IMG/VR virus record: IMGVR_UViG_2623620540_000004
Coordinates: 1,159 to 65,158 of that record
Direction: 5' to 3' (one strand)
DNA length: 64,000 nt
DNA from: a virus
Taxonomy: Duplodnaviria; Caudoviricetes
Shown here one piece after another: positions 33,874 to 43,475 of this stretch. Under the pieces are notes generated by a model. That model ran no database searches, had not been told where the DNA came from, and saw only the letters and a program-made list of their open reading frames with translations. Position 1 is the first letter of the stretch; each line of letters opens with the position of its first letter. The position numbers and the translations under genes are program-made.

Positions 33874-36500
33874 AATCCATTCTCCCCGTCCATGGCTTCC
33901 ATATCAAACAGCGTGGGTACGCTGACCTGCTTCTCCATCGAATAGCAGTAGTGCACTTGGTCCACAAAATAGGCGCCGTTGAGCTCGGACCCGGCGCCGA
34001 CGCGGCCCAATTTGACCGAGCGCACCGGCGTAGTGCCCAGGCCGCTGAATGGGTCGTAGACTTTCTCGCCGGGGTTCGTGTAGCGCAAGATGATGCGGTC
34101 GACGATATCGATCTGGAACGGACAAACGTGCTTCTCCACGGCGCGCGCAGACTGCTCGCCGTTCAGAGTGCGCATGCGCACGATGTCGTGCCAGACCATC
34201 GGATCGTTGCTGCCTGGCGCCAGGCTCATGAATGTGGCGGGCAGCGTCTTGTTCGCCAGCATGGCCTCGCCCACGGCCACGTGGTATTCGTAGTTGTAGA
34301 CGTTGTCGAGGGACATTTCCGTGAAGACCTTGGCCAGCTTGCCAGGGCCGAAGCTGGCCAGCTCCGCCGCGCTGAGCAGTCGGTCGCCACTCGAGCGCCA
34401 GAATGCATGCGCGTCCACCTGCCAGCGCGCGACGCTGTAGCCGGTACCAGGCACAGGGGGCAGCTTTCGGTCGAAGGGCACGGTGACACCCTTCTCGTCC
34501 AGGCACAGCGGCTTGGCCTTGGTCACCGGCACGTCCGCATAGCCGCGAGAGCGGTCAGTCTGCGGCTTATGGAACAGCAGGACGTATTCAGGCATGCCAA
34601 CGCCCATCTTGCTGCCGTCCTTGCATACTTCGGAATAGCCCAGGCGGTAGGTCTGATTGTTCTCGCGCACCACGTCGGTGACGACCGTGATCATGCCCAT
34701 GTAGTCGAAGCCATGCTTGGTGGCGTGGAAAATGGCCTCGGCGTGGAACGGGCTTACGGTGGGCACGCCGGCGCCGGTCACGTTCCCGAACAGGATCCGG
34801 TCCTTCACGTGGCAGGCGTACATGCGGCCCGGCTGCAGGATGCGCAACAGCTGCGGCGTGAGGAAGTCCATCTGGCGCCAGAACTGGTCATTGTCCTGGG
34901 TGTGGCCGAAGTCGTTGTAACTCGGGCTGTATTCGTACTGATTTCCGAACGGGATCGACGTCAGCACCAGGCCCACCGAGTTGTCGGGCTGTTCGAGCGC
35001 TTCGAGCACGCAGTCGTTGTGCGCCACCTCGAAACGATCGCCGGCGACGACCTGGCGCTGCACGCCGATGGTGCGCGCCAGCGAGTCCTGCATCGAGAGC
35101 TGGTCCAGGCCATAGGTGCGAATGATCTCGCCCATCTTGGCCTGCATCTCTTCGTGCTGGCGCCACTTCGTCTGCAGGTCGGCCAGCACCTTGCGCTCGA
35201 CCTCGGTGTGCACGATGTCGATGATGACCGGGTGCGTCTGCTGGAAGCGCTGGACGCGGTGAATGGCCTGGATGAAATCATTAAACTTGAAGCCGATGCC
35301 CGCGAAAATCTCGCGGTGGCAATGCTGCTGGAAGTTGCAGCCGCTGCCGGCGATGATCGGCTTGGTGGACAGGATCTGCACCTTGCCGTCGCTGAAGTCG
35401 GCGATGCGCTGCTCGCGCTCGTCGATCTGCTGCGTGCCCCACACGCTTATGGCGGCCGGGATCGCCGCCTGGATGGCGTGGCGCTCGTCCTCCAGGTCGT
35501 GCCACACGAGGAAGTGATCAGCGGGATCCGCCGCGATGATTTCGGCCACCTTCGCCACGCGCGCGGCCATGCTGTCGCGCTTCTCGCCGGCAGCGGCCGA
35601 CAGGCCCATGGCCACGTTGGGGATCAGCAGGCCCTGGCCGTTCTTCTCGGCGCCGGCCGTGTCGTAGTTGCTCGGCACTTCGTGGTAGCGGACTTCGATC
35701 GGCGGCAGGTCGTAGCCCTCGTCCGAATGACCCAGGTCGCTGGGCTTCTGGATGAACACGGCCCAGCTGGCCACCCATAACCAAAACTCATGCTCTTTAT
35801 GGGGATAGAGCGTCAGGTTGCCGGCCTTCTCGCTGTCGCGCTGGAAGAAGCGCGTGAGGGCCTGGCCCGTGTCCATGACGCCCAGGTAGCCGGCGTAATG
35901 GATTAGTTCCTTGAACCGGTTCGGGCTCGGCGTCGCGGTGTAGACGAATTTGAATTCGACGGGGGCGAACATCGGCAGGAACTCCTGGTAGGTCTTGCTG
36001 CCATAGCTGCGCAGCACGCTGGCCTCATCCAGGCCCGAGGCCTGCCACTTCGTAACGTCCACCTTGACCTCGCGCACCGACTCGTAGTTCGTCATGTAGA
36101 TCGTGGCTGGGTCGTCGATCTCGGCGTCCGAGCGGATGAATCGTAGGTCGATGGCCTGGTCGCCGGTGAAGTGCTTCGCCACCTCGCGCGAGAACTCCTG
36201 GCGCACGCCCAGCGGCGCGACGATGCCACGGATCCCGCCAGGCCGGTGAATGCCGATCTGGCGCATGACCTCGAGGTTGGTGCTGGTCTTGTGCAAGCCG
36301 AACGATGCGAACACGGCGCGCTGGCCGCCGGCGAGTGCCCAGCGGACGATCTGGCGGGTGTGCGGTTTGAGGCCTGGATGGATCTGGTCCAGCGGCACGT
36401 CGAAGCCCTTCGACGGGGCCAGGCGAATTTTATCGCGCAGGAACTGGCTATATTCGGCCTGAATCAGGTGCTTTTGTTCTTCGCTGTTGAATGCGCTCAT
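33870..36500 (-). CDS. SNF2-like helicase fused to N4/N6 DNA methyltransferase
   Basis: GLHKT, LDEAS, TATPSPN, QAIHRVQRF helicase motifs; LTSIPF and DPFSGLGTT MTase motifs. Confidence 0.88.
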   Translation of the reverse strand: MSAFNSEEQKHLIQAEYSQFLRDKIRLAPSKGFDVPLDQIHPGLKPHTRQIVRWALAGGQRAVFASFGLHKTSTNLEVMRQIGIHRPGGIRGIVAPLGVRQEFSREVAKHFTGDQAIDLRFIRSDAEIDDPATIYMTNYESVREVKVDVTKWQASGLDEASVLRSYGSKTYQEFLPMFAPVEFKFVYTATPSPNRFKELIHYAGYLGVMDTGQALTRFFQRDSEKAGNLTLYPHKEHEFWLWVASWAVFIQKPSDLGHSDEGYDLPPIEVRYHEVPSNYDTAGAEKNGQGLLIPNVAMGLSAAAGEKRDSMAARVAKVAEIIAADPADHFLVWHDLEDERHAIQAAIPAAISVWGTQQIDEREQRIADFSDGKVQILSTKPIIAGSGCNFQQHCHREIFAGIGFKFNDFIQAIHRVQRFQQTHPVIIDIVHTEVERKVLADLQTKWRQHEEMQAKMGEIIRTYGLDQLSMQDSLARTIGVQRQVVAGDRFEVAHNDCVLEALEQPDNSVGLVLTSIPFGNQYEYSPSYNDFGHTQDNDQFWRQMDFLTPQLLRILQPGRMYACHVKDRILFGNVTGAGVPTVSPFHAEAIFHATKHGFDYMGMITVVTDVVRENNQTYRLGYSEVCKDGSKMGVGMPEYVLLFHKPQTDRSRGYADVPVTKAKPLCLDEKGVTVPFDRKLPPVPGTGYSVARWQVDAHAFWRSSGDRLLSAAELASFGPGKLAKVFTEMSLDNVYNYEYHVAVGEAMLANKTLPATFMSLAPGSNDPMVWHDIVRMRTLNGEQSARAVEKHVCPFQIDIVDRIILRYTNPGEKVYDPFSGLGTTPVRSVKLGRVGAGSELNGAYFVDQVHYCYSMEKQVSVPTLFDMEAMDGENGL

Positions 36501-36534
36501 GTCATTTCCGTTTTGGTTGGTCAAGCAACGGCCG

Positions 36535-37209
36535 TCAGGCTGCTGCCTTCAGTTCTTTTAAAAGTTTTTTGTAGTGCGCGGTCTTGGCGATCAGGTCGTC
36601 CACTGTGTAGTGTTTCGATTCCTGGTCGGCTTCCAGCGCCTCCACGGCGGCCAGGCCGATGCGCGCGACGACGCCGGCGCGAAACGATGCCGCCGTGGTG
36701 CCTCCCGGCCGGTTGCAGCCCTTGAGCTGCTTGAACACGTTCCGTTCGTCGAAGCGAAGATGCGGGTGGCTGCCGCGCGACAGGTAGTGGCCAGCGTCAT
36801 AGGCGCCGCCGGTCAGGGCGTCGCCGCTGGCGTGCTTTCCGCAGTCGATGCACGGCTCGAAGCGGTCGCGGAACCGCACCCAGGCGTTGAACGCCTTCTG
36901 GCAGTCGGCCACGTAGTCAGCCTTGCGCTTGAACTTGGCCAACTTTTCCTGGTGGTCCTTGCGCTCGGCCTTGGCCGTGGCCAGGCGCTGCTTGTCGAGC
37001 TTCGCCAGCGCCACCACCGTGCCGCACTCGGGCGAGCACCAGGTGACGAACGGCTGCGGCCGGACGAACTCGGCGCGGCAGGTGCGGACCGCGCACTTGT
37101 GCTTCTTCTCGCGCGCGGCCTTGGTGATGGTCTTCGTCACCTCGCGGGTCTCGATGCGCTCGCCGCGCGCGAAGGCCTGGCGCTTCATTGGCGCGGTGTC
37201 GGGCTTCAT
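36535..37209 (-). CDS. ninG: NinG/Rap-family recombination endonuclease
   Basis: Q.AFNAWVRFRD...CIDCG...YDAGHYLSRG..PHLRFDERN...Q...CN motifs. Confidence 0.88.
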   Translation of the reverse strand: MKPDTAPMKRQAFARGERIETREVTKTITKAAREKKHKCAVRTCRAEFVRPQPFVTWCSPECGTVVALAKLDKQRLATAKAERKDHQEKLAKFKRKADYVADCQKAFNAWVRFRDRFEPCIDCGKHASGDALTGGAYDAGHYLSRGSHPHLRFDERNVFKQLKGCNRPGGTTAASFRAGVVARIGLAAVEALEADQESKHYTVDDLIAKTAHYKKLLKELKAAA

Positions 37210-37220
37210 GGGTGAACGCC

Positions 37221-38033
37221 TCATGACGTGCACTCGCATGGCAGAAGGTCGGGCGTCGAAGCAATCTTGATGAACTTGCGCGCCTGGGCCCAGAACCGCT
37301 GATGCGGGATGTGCTCGGTTGCCGGCACGCCGGCGCACTTCATGATGGCGAACTTGGCTTCCATATCTTCAAGGTAGACGGGTCCGGTATCGTCGTGGTG
37401 GATTGCGTAGCCGATCTCTTCCTCGGCCCACTTTCCCTTGAGCCAGATGTCCGGCCGCGTGCAATAGACGATGTACCAGTGCTGCCAGCCCGCTTTCAGG
37501 CAGCCGATGCAGTTGGCGTGCTTGAACTGGGAGTAGCCTTGCGGCGGCGCGATGCCGATTTCGTTGGTCGAGAAGATGGTGCGAGCTCCGACCGCCAGCG
37601 GGTACGCGGTCATGTAGCCTTGCTCTCCCATGATCCCGGAGCGCCGTTGAATCCGGTCCGTCTCATTGAGGTCGAAGCCGTAATACACGACAACATCTTT
37701 CTGCGGGTAAGTCTTCCGCAGCCAGGCCATAAAAGGCTCGGTCTTCAGCCGCGAGGTGCAGATTTCCGATCCAGAGCCAACCTTGAAGGCCTGCTCCTTC
37801 ACCGATACGTCGAACTGATCCATGCTCGCGTTTTTGTAATTCACGAACGTGATCGGAAGTGCCAAGTACTCAGCAACCTGACGCTTGAACCGTTTCACGT
37901 CCGCATCCTCGACGGAAAAATGGATGTCGTGGTTCACCAGCAAGACGTCCGCCGGATCAAATTTGCGCACGACCTCGATCGCCACCAGTGCCGAGCTATG
38001 GCCGCCGGAATAGCATACGATGTGTTTGGTCAC
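37221..38033 (-). CDS. Phosphoadenosine phosphosulfate reductase-like protein
   Basis: IVCYSGGHSS PP-loop, CTSRLK, HANCIGCLKAG, C-terminal CEC. Confidence 0.8.
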   Translation of the reverse strand: MTKHIVCYSGGHSSALVAIEVVRKFDPADVLLVNHDIHFSVEDADVKRFKRQVAEYLALPITFVNYKNASMDQFDVSVKEQAFKVGSGSEICTSRLKTEPFMAWLRKTYPQKDVVVYYGFDLNETDRIQRRSGIMGEQGYMTAYPLAVGARTIFSTNEIGIAPPQGYSQFKHANCIGCLKAGWQHWYIVYCTRPDIWLKGKWAEEEIGYAIHHDDTGPVYLEDMEAKFAIMKCAGVPATEHIPHQRFWAQARKFIKIASTPDLLPCECTS

Positions 38034-38179
38034 GACGCAGCCCTCCCCGCGCACGCCTCATTCGCACCGAGCATCACTCTGTCCACGGCGTGGCCATGAG
38101 GCTTGTCCAGTCCGGCGGCGAGCGTAAAAGCAGATCGACGGAACGTGTTAAGATTTCTTTTTGGCAATTTGGAACGGCG

Positions 38180-38827
38180 ATGCACTGGACACACAAATGG
38201 GGGCTGATGGTGGGCGGCCTGATGTTCTACATCCTGGTCAACCAGTTTGGCCCCATGCTGTTTGCTCTTCATGGTGCGGAGGACACCGCCTTGCTGTCCG
38301 CAATCGGAACGTGGGTCGGTTCGATCGGATCCGTCGGAGCCTTGATCGGCGCAATTTGGATAGCATCGTGGCAAACACGGATTCAGCAGCGCGAAAAATT
38401 TGCCCTGGCCGTTATACAAGCAGCTCATTGCCAACACCGCATACAAGCTATGCTGAAAGGGCTTGAGGAAATTGTGCGGCTGCTCGGACCAAGTGCTGGC
38501 ACTTCGATACCGATAAATAACAGAATGCTCGCGCTTGAGACGATTGCCGCCTTTGATGGAATTGCGAACGAAGAACTGGCAGCACTCACCCCGCTTGGCA
38601 ATAATTGCGCATTGAAGATCGCCGCGGTCCAGAGTGCAATCGGAAATCTCAAACGACATATTCTCTTGATTAGCACCGTGCAGCCTCCATCGAACCAGTA
38701 TTTGCGCCTCGTTGCTCTCGACGTCGATGGAGCCTATTTCGCGGCTCAAATAGCCCAGACGCAAGTTGATCGCATCTGGGAGGTTATGGACGTGATCCGG
38801 CGTTCGACCACGGACAGTCAACTCTAA
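38180..38827 (+). CDS. Antisense membrane moron A
   Basis: Two N-terminal TM segments incl. WVGSIGSVGALIGAIWIA; AT-richer; opposite to PR operon. Confidence 0.75.
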   Translation: MHWTHKWGLMVGGLMFYILVNQFGPMLFALHGAEDTALLSAIGTWVGSIGSVGALIGAIWIASWQTRIQQREKFALAVIQAAHCQHRIQAMLKGLEEIVRLLGPSAGTSIPINNRMLALETIAAFDGIANEELAALTPLGNNCALKIAAVQSAIGNLKRHILLISTVQPPSNQYLRLVALDVDGAYFAAQIAQTQVDRIWEVMDVIRRSTTDSQL

Positions 38828-38835
38828 CGCCCGAT

Positions 38836-39423
38836 TCATGGACGAAGCTCCGGAAAGGCGGCGAAGAACGCTGGGTGATCATCACCATGCACGCGGTAGC
38901 CATCACCGAACACGAAGCGCGCTGGCCAGCGGCCGCCGGCGAACATGAAGTCCGCGAAGGCGCGGTACCCGCCACCCGGCTCGCCGGCTTCCAGGCGTGA
39001 GCCGTAGACATAGGCGTCTGTGACCACGGCGCCCGGCAGGCTGAGCTCCACTAATTCCTGCAGCGCCACCCGGGCGGTCGCCGTGGCGCGCTGGCGGGCA
39101 AAGTCGCGCGCCATGCAGGCCTCGCAGCAGTACGGCGCGCCGGCGGCGCTGAAACAGCGGTCTTCCTCATCGCTGTAGACCCAGGTCGAGCAAGCGTTGC
39201 GTGTGCATTCGTAGCGCCAACCGTGGTCGATCAGCACGGCGGCCGGCACGGGACCGGGCGCATAAGCATCGAAGTGCGGCGCGCGGCGGCACGAATCGAC
39301 TTCGGTCCAATCGCGGTCGAGCTCGTTGGCCCCCTGGCGACGCGCGGTGGCGCTGTTCGTGGCGAAAATGACGGTGGTGCCATCGTCGCCATCGTGGACG
39401 GTGTAGGCCTTGAGCCGCGTCAT
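38836..39423 (-). CDS. Hypothetical phage protein (Cys-rich)
   Basis: MTRLKAYTV..., RRAPHFDAYAPGPVP...GWRYEC..C, YCCEAC. Confidence 0.7.
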   Translation of the reverse strand: MTRLKAYTVHDGDDGTTVIFATNSATARRQGANELDRDWTEVDSCRRAPHFDAYAPGPVPAAVLIDHGWRYECTRNACSTWVYSDEEDRCFSAAGAPYCCEACMARDFARQRATATARVALQELVELSLPGAVVTDAYVYGSRLEAGEPGGGYRAFADFMFAGGRWPARFVFGDGYRVHGDDHPAFFAAFPELRP

Positions 39424-39851
39424 GGTCGTGCTCCCTGCGTCCGAGTCATGGCCGCATAATTCAGGCCGGCCAACTTGCAACCGTCCTGGGTGGCGTGGAA
39501 GTAGCGCAGGTCCAGCAGCGCGGCGCCAGCGCGCACGAAGCCGGCGGCGACCAGGCGGTCGAGCGCAGCCAGGTCGCGGCGGTTGGCCAGGTACTGGTTG
39601 CGGAAGCCCCAGCGGGACTGCGGATGGTGCGACGTGGCGCCCAGCATGTGGTGCAGCACGTCGAGGTCGTCGTCTTGAAGCGTCGCGACGCGCGCGGCGA
39701 ACAGGCAGGCGACGCATTTGCCGTGCTGCGCGAGTTGCTTGGCCGGTGCGGCCTTGCCGCAAGCGCAGAGCTGGGCCTTGAGTACCGGCGCCGGCTTTTC
39801 GTTGGCGATGGCGCGGTGGCGGCGCTCTTCGCGGGAGAGATCGTAGATCAT
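39420..39851 (-). CDS. Hypothetical phage protein
   Basis: CACG...CVAC, LHHMLGA...WGFRNQY; coupled to downstream gene. Confidence 0.65.
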   Translation of the reverse strand: MIYDLSREERRHRAIANEKPAPVLKAQLCACGKAAPAKQLAQHGKCVACLFAARVATLQDDDLDVLHHMLGATSHHPQSRWGFRNQYLANRRDLAALDRLVAAGFVRAGAALLDLRYFHATQDGCKLAGLNYAAMTRTQGARP

Positions 39852-39892
39852 GATATTATTTACCTTTGGCAACTTAATATTTCAGGAATTAG

Positions 39893-40129
39893 ATGAGCAC
39901 CAATGAATGGAAAATAAAGATGCAAGGTTTTGCATCGAAAGTTGATGGCGCTTGTCGAGCTTATGTCGGACTGCTTATCACTAGCCCCGACGGCGAAGTA
40001 ACAAGGGAATGGGTCTCCCTCCATGATCTCGGTTCCTTCGATACGCTGGATAAAGCCCTTGAAGCCACTGAACAAATACAATGCGGCATTTCCAACACCG
40101 GTGAATGGACACTGCTGGACCTGACTTAA
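39893..40129 (+). CDS. Small antisense hypothetical protein
   Basis: 78 aa, AGGA RBS, AT-richer than flanks. Confidence 0.55.
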   Translation: MSTNEWKIKMQGFASKVDGACRAYVGLLITSPDGEVTREWVSLHDLGSFDTLDKALEATEQIQCGISNTGEWTLLDLT

Positions 40130-40131
40130 CT

Positions 40132-40641
40132 TCATACGCGCTGCGCAATCTCGCGGCCGCGCACCTCTGCGGCCATCGCTGCATCGCCAGTGGCCAGCAA
40201 CCCGCTATCAACGACGCGCTGCAGCCCTTCACTCAGGCCATACCTGCCCAGTTCACGCAGTCGCACGTTGATGGCCAGCTTCCGGTGGATCGGGTAGTTC
40301 TCAAGCCAACAGCCATACTCGGGCGATGCGTAAATGCGCACGCTGGCCAGGTCGCCGTCGATTGACTCAACTACGCCCGGCAGCATCTGCGTGTATTTCT
40401 GGCTGCTGTCCTGCACCTCGCACCACAGCGGCAGACTGGTGACCATGCCGACCGACCAGTAGGCGCGCGCTTCGGCATCATCTTCCGCATCCTTTGCTTG
40501 CCAATAGGCAGCCATGCGCAGGCGCTCGGCCTCCTGCTCGGCAAGTTCCAGCTTCGGCGCACGGCGCTTTCCCTTGGCACCCGGCTGCGGCGCGACAGCG
40601 ACAGTTGCGTCGAAGTCGAAGCTGAGTTGGGCGGTGGTCAC
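40132..40641 (-). CDS. Hypothetical protein
   Basis: 169-aa ORF coupled (GTGA) to methyltransferase. Confidence 0.6.
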   Translation of the reverse strand: MTTAQLSFDFDATVAVAPQPGAKGKRRAPKLELAEQEAERLRMAAYWQAKDAEDDAEARAYWSVGMVTSLPLWCEVQDSSQKYTQMLPGVVESIDGDLASVRIYASPEYGCWLENYPIHRKLAINVRLRELGRYGLSEGLQRVVDSGLLATGDAAMAAEVRGREIAQRV

Positions 40642-42632
40642 AGCGTCGATCCTTGCGACGCGGCGATAGCGATCGCTACAGGCTGAACCCAGATCGACAT
40701 CGCGCTGAGCATGAAGGTCTCGCCGGCGCTGGCTAGCAGCAGCGTCGTGCCCATCACTTCGCCGATCGCTTCGGCCGCGTCCGGTGGCACAGCATTGCCA
40801 ATGCGCTCGCGGTGCGCGCTATCGTTGCTGCCGTCCAAACACAGCACCATGCCCGTGGCCGCTTTGTAGGCGTCGATCTCGCGCTGGGTCTGCGGGTCCA
40901 TCGACCAGTGCTCGTTTGGGTTGATCAGCGATTGCAAAGCGGCCAGCTCGAGCGTGGTGAATGGCCGGTGCCATGTCCCGTCGAGTGCGCGAATCATGGC
41001 CACGGTTTTCTGGTTCAGCGCGGGCAGCGCCGGCACCTGGTCGATGCGCGGATCGGCGACTGACCAACGGCCGTTGTCGTAGCCGGCGGACGCGCTGACG
41101 GCGCCGCTCTGTCCGTCCCAGTCCAGCACGCCGTAGTGACCGCCTGTCAGGTACGCATCGCCTTTCTGGCGGTGGATGGTGCGCGGATCGGCCACGCAGA
41201 ACGCACCCTGCCCCGTCGTGCTGCCTGCGATGACCGTGCCGGCCGGTGATTCGAACGGCGTGACCAAGTATTTGCCCGCGCCTTCGAAGCCGGTGCTCGA
41301 ACGTGGATCGGCCACCGCGTAGGCGCCCTGGTCGTCGCCGCCGATCACAGTGCCGGTGCGCTTATCCCATGGTGTGACGGCGTACTTGCTAAACAGCGGA
41401 CCACCAGGTGGGCGGGGGTCGGCAACCGAGAAGCCGCCCTGGATGGGTGAACGCTGGCCAGTAATGGTGCCTGTCGGCTTATCCCATGCGCGCACACCCA
41501 ACTGGCCATAATCGCCGTTGTTCGAATAGCGCGGGTCGGCAACGCATTGGCCGGTGCTGTGGGCGCTCGATACGACTTTGGCGGGTTCATCCCACGGGCC
41601 TATGCGGCACTCGTTGCTGTGCTTGTCCGGGCCGAAGTGACGCGGATCAGCGATCGAGAATGCGCCATTCGTTGGCGTCGAGCGCCCGGCCACGGTGCCG
41701 CTGGTGCCATCCCATTCCTGCACGCCCATGTAGCCGCTGCGGTATTCAGGGACGATCAGGTAGTCGCTCAGGTGGCCATTTTCGACGGCCAGCTTGTTCA
41801 GGCTGCGCCAGTCGCTGCCGGCTTCAACGAAAGCCAGGCGCACCCACGTTTTCCACTGGAGGCGCGGGATGCGGTGCATGGGGCCGCCAGCGGCGTCGCC
41901 AGGGAACGGCATGCGGCCCAAAACATCGCCCACGGCGCGCAGGCGCTTCTTCTCTGGCTCGTAGAGGAACGGCGGCACCTTCTCCATGTGGCGTGCGACC
42001 AGGAGGAAGCGCTTGCGGCTCTGGGCCAGGCCGCCCAGCTCGCCGCAGTCGTGCGTCGTCTCGGCCACGGCGTAGCCGAACTGCTGCAGCAGCTGGTTGA
42101 TCTGGTCCAGCAGGTGCCGGCCGCGCGTGGCCAGGCGCGGCACGTTCTCGAAAACGATCAGGTCCACTGGATCGTCAGCCCAGGCCTCGGCCATCAGCCA
42201 GATACAGCGCAACGTCAACTCGTTCAACGCCTGGTACTTCGCGGTCTTGCTCAGCGATTCGCTGAGCAGCCCACTTGCGCCCTTGCAAGGCGAGCTGATG
42301 AACACGATGTTCGGCGACTCGTTCCCGGCAGCGCGGCGAATGTCGGCGGCCGTGGCCTCGCGCCAACCAGCTGGTGGCTCTTTCCCGTGGAAGGCGGTGT
42401 ACTGCGCACGCGTGAAGAGATCCATGACCGTACCCGGGCGGCCAGGTCCAGCGCGATCAAAATCGCGGATCGCGGCGGGGTCGTTATCGATTCCGCCGAT
42501 GCAGCGGAGCGTCGCGGCCATGTTCCCGACCTGCGGCCGAGCCTTGTTGAAGCCCTTCTTGCCGCCGCCCAGGCCGCAGCAGAAGTGGAAGTGGCGGAAC
42601 TCTTTCGTGTGGGTGATCAAGTCGCGCTTCAT
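40638..42632 (-). CDS. C5-cytosine DNA methyltransferase with internal repeats
   Basis: FCCGLGGG, SSPCKG, FENVPRL, QSRKRFLLVA, IGNAVPP motifs; six ADPR repeats. Confidence 0.92.
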   Translation of the reverse strand: MKRDLITHTKEFRHFHFCCGLGGGKKGFNKARPQVGNMAATLRCIGGIDNDPAAIRDFDRAGPGRPGTVMDLFTRAQYTAFHGKEPPAGWREATAADIRRAAGNESPNIVFISSPCKGASGLLSESLSKTAKYQALNELTLRCIWLMAEAWADDPVDLIVFENVPRLATRGRHLLDQINQLLQQFGYAVAETTHDCGELGGLAQSRKRFLLVARHMEKVPPFLYEPEKKRLRAVGDVLGRMPFPGDAAGGPMHRIPRLQWKTWVRLAFVEAGSDWRSLNKLAVENGHLSDYLIVPEYRSGYMGVQEWDGTSGTVAGRSTPTNGAFSIADPRHFGPDKHSNECRIGPWDEPAKVVSSAHSTGQCVADPRYSNNGDYGQLGVRAWDKPTGTITGQRSPIQGGFSVADPRPPGGPLFSKYAVTPWDKRTGTVIGGDDQGAYAVADPRSSTGFEGAGKYLVTPFESPAGTVIAGSTTGQGAFCVADPRTIHRQKGDAYLTGGHYGVLDWDGQSGAVSASAGYDNGRWSVADPRIDQVPALPALNQKTVAMIRALDGTWHRPFTTLELAALQSLINPNEHWSMDPQTQREIDAYKAATGMVLCLDGSNDSAHRERIGNAVPPDAAEAIGEVMGTTLLLASAGETFMLSAMSIWVQPVAIAIAASQGSTL

Positions 42633-42961
42633 TGACGTGCTCCAGCAGCGCGGCGCGCGACCGTGACGGTAGAAACGTGAGGCTCGCGGCGGTAGGCAGG
42701 GCCGGCCACCTGGCCCACGTACGGCGCCGCCGGCGCCAGGGCATTGCGCGCCGGCGTGGTGATGTCGTACACCAGTCCGACGAGGTAGGCGTGACCGCCT
42801 TCAACGAGGCGGTTGAACAGCTCGCGCTGGATGAACTCGGCGCGGTTCGACTCGATGTCAATGTTCAGGCGCTCGCAGATTTGGTAGAAGGTGCCGGGGC
42901 CATCGAGCAGGCCCACCAGCAGCTTGCGCGCGCCGCTGCTCGGTTCAGGGAGTTTTCTCAT
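42629..42961 (-). CDS. Hypothetical protein (possible winged helix)
   Basis: 110-aa coupled ORF. Confidence 0.6.
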   Translation of the reverse strand: MRKLPEPSSGARKLLVGLLDGPGTFYQICERLNIDIESNRAEFIQRELFNRLVEGGHAYLVGLVYDITTPARNALAPAAPYVGQVAGPAYRREPHVSTVTVARRAAGARQ

Positions 42962-43149
42962 GGCTGACCGCCTTCCACCTTCATGAGCTGGTCGGCGCAG
43001 TCGCGCAGCTTCTGCTCGTTATGGCGATGCTTCTTGACCGCGATGCCCTTCTCGGCCGGCGCGGCGCCGATCTTGGCCTTGTCCGTGGTGCGCCAATCTT
43101 TGACGGCTGCCAAGGTCTTGCTCTCGGTGTAGTTGATCGAGGTCGTCAT
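42958..43149 (-). CDS. Hypothetical protein
   Basis: 63 aa, GGAGG RBS, coupled. Confidence 0.6.
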   Translation of the reverse strand: MTTSINYTESKTLAAVKDWRTTDKAKIGAAPAEKGIAVKKHRHNEQKLRDCADQLMKVEGGQP

Positions 43150-43241
43150 GGCTCGGACCTCCGGGTGTATCGTGGTATCATGGGACCCTCTGTAGTTGAT
43201 TTACCAAGCCGGCCTGCACGCCGGCTTTTCTATTTCCGCGA

Positions 43242-43475
43242 TCAGTCGTACTGCCCTGACCTTTCGCGGATTTCCTGCACGTTCATGCCGAAATACTCAT
43301 GAATATGCAAAATCTGCTTTGCCGTGAGGCGCTGGCCAGACCGCAACAGGCGGCTGATCGTGGCGCTTGTCTCGCCCATTTCTCGGGCCAGCGCGGCGTA
43401 ATTCTTTAAACGGTGTTCGGTGATCAGGTAATCCAGCAATTCGCGCACGCTGGGCGGCACGGGGCCAGGCGTCAT
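43242..43475 (-). CDS. Small XRE-type HTH regulator
   Basis: LLDYLI....LKNYAALAREMG.TSATISRL..G..LT...ILHIHE. Confidence 0.75.
   Translation of the reverse strand: MTPGPVPPSVRELLDYLITEHRLKNYAALAREMGETSATISRLLRSGQRLTAKQILHIHEYFGMNVQEIRERSGQYD

Noticed and set aside
38030-38839. 269-aa minus-strand ORF overlapping moron A
   Set aside because: No motifs; the plus-strand ORF has TM segments and a paralogue elsewhere, so it is the better-supported gene
43206-43235. Hairpin AAGCCGGC/GCCGGCTT with a T tract on the plus strand inside a minus-strand operon
   Set aside because: Could end an antisense RNA, but no promoter was found; may be a weak bidirectional terminator
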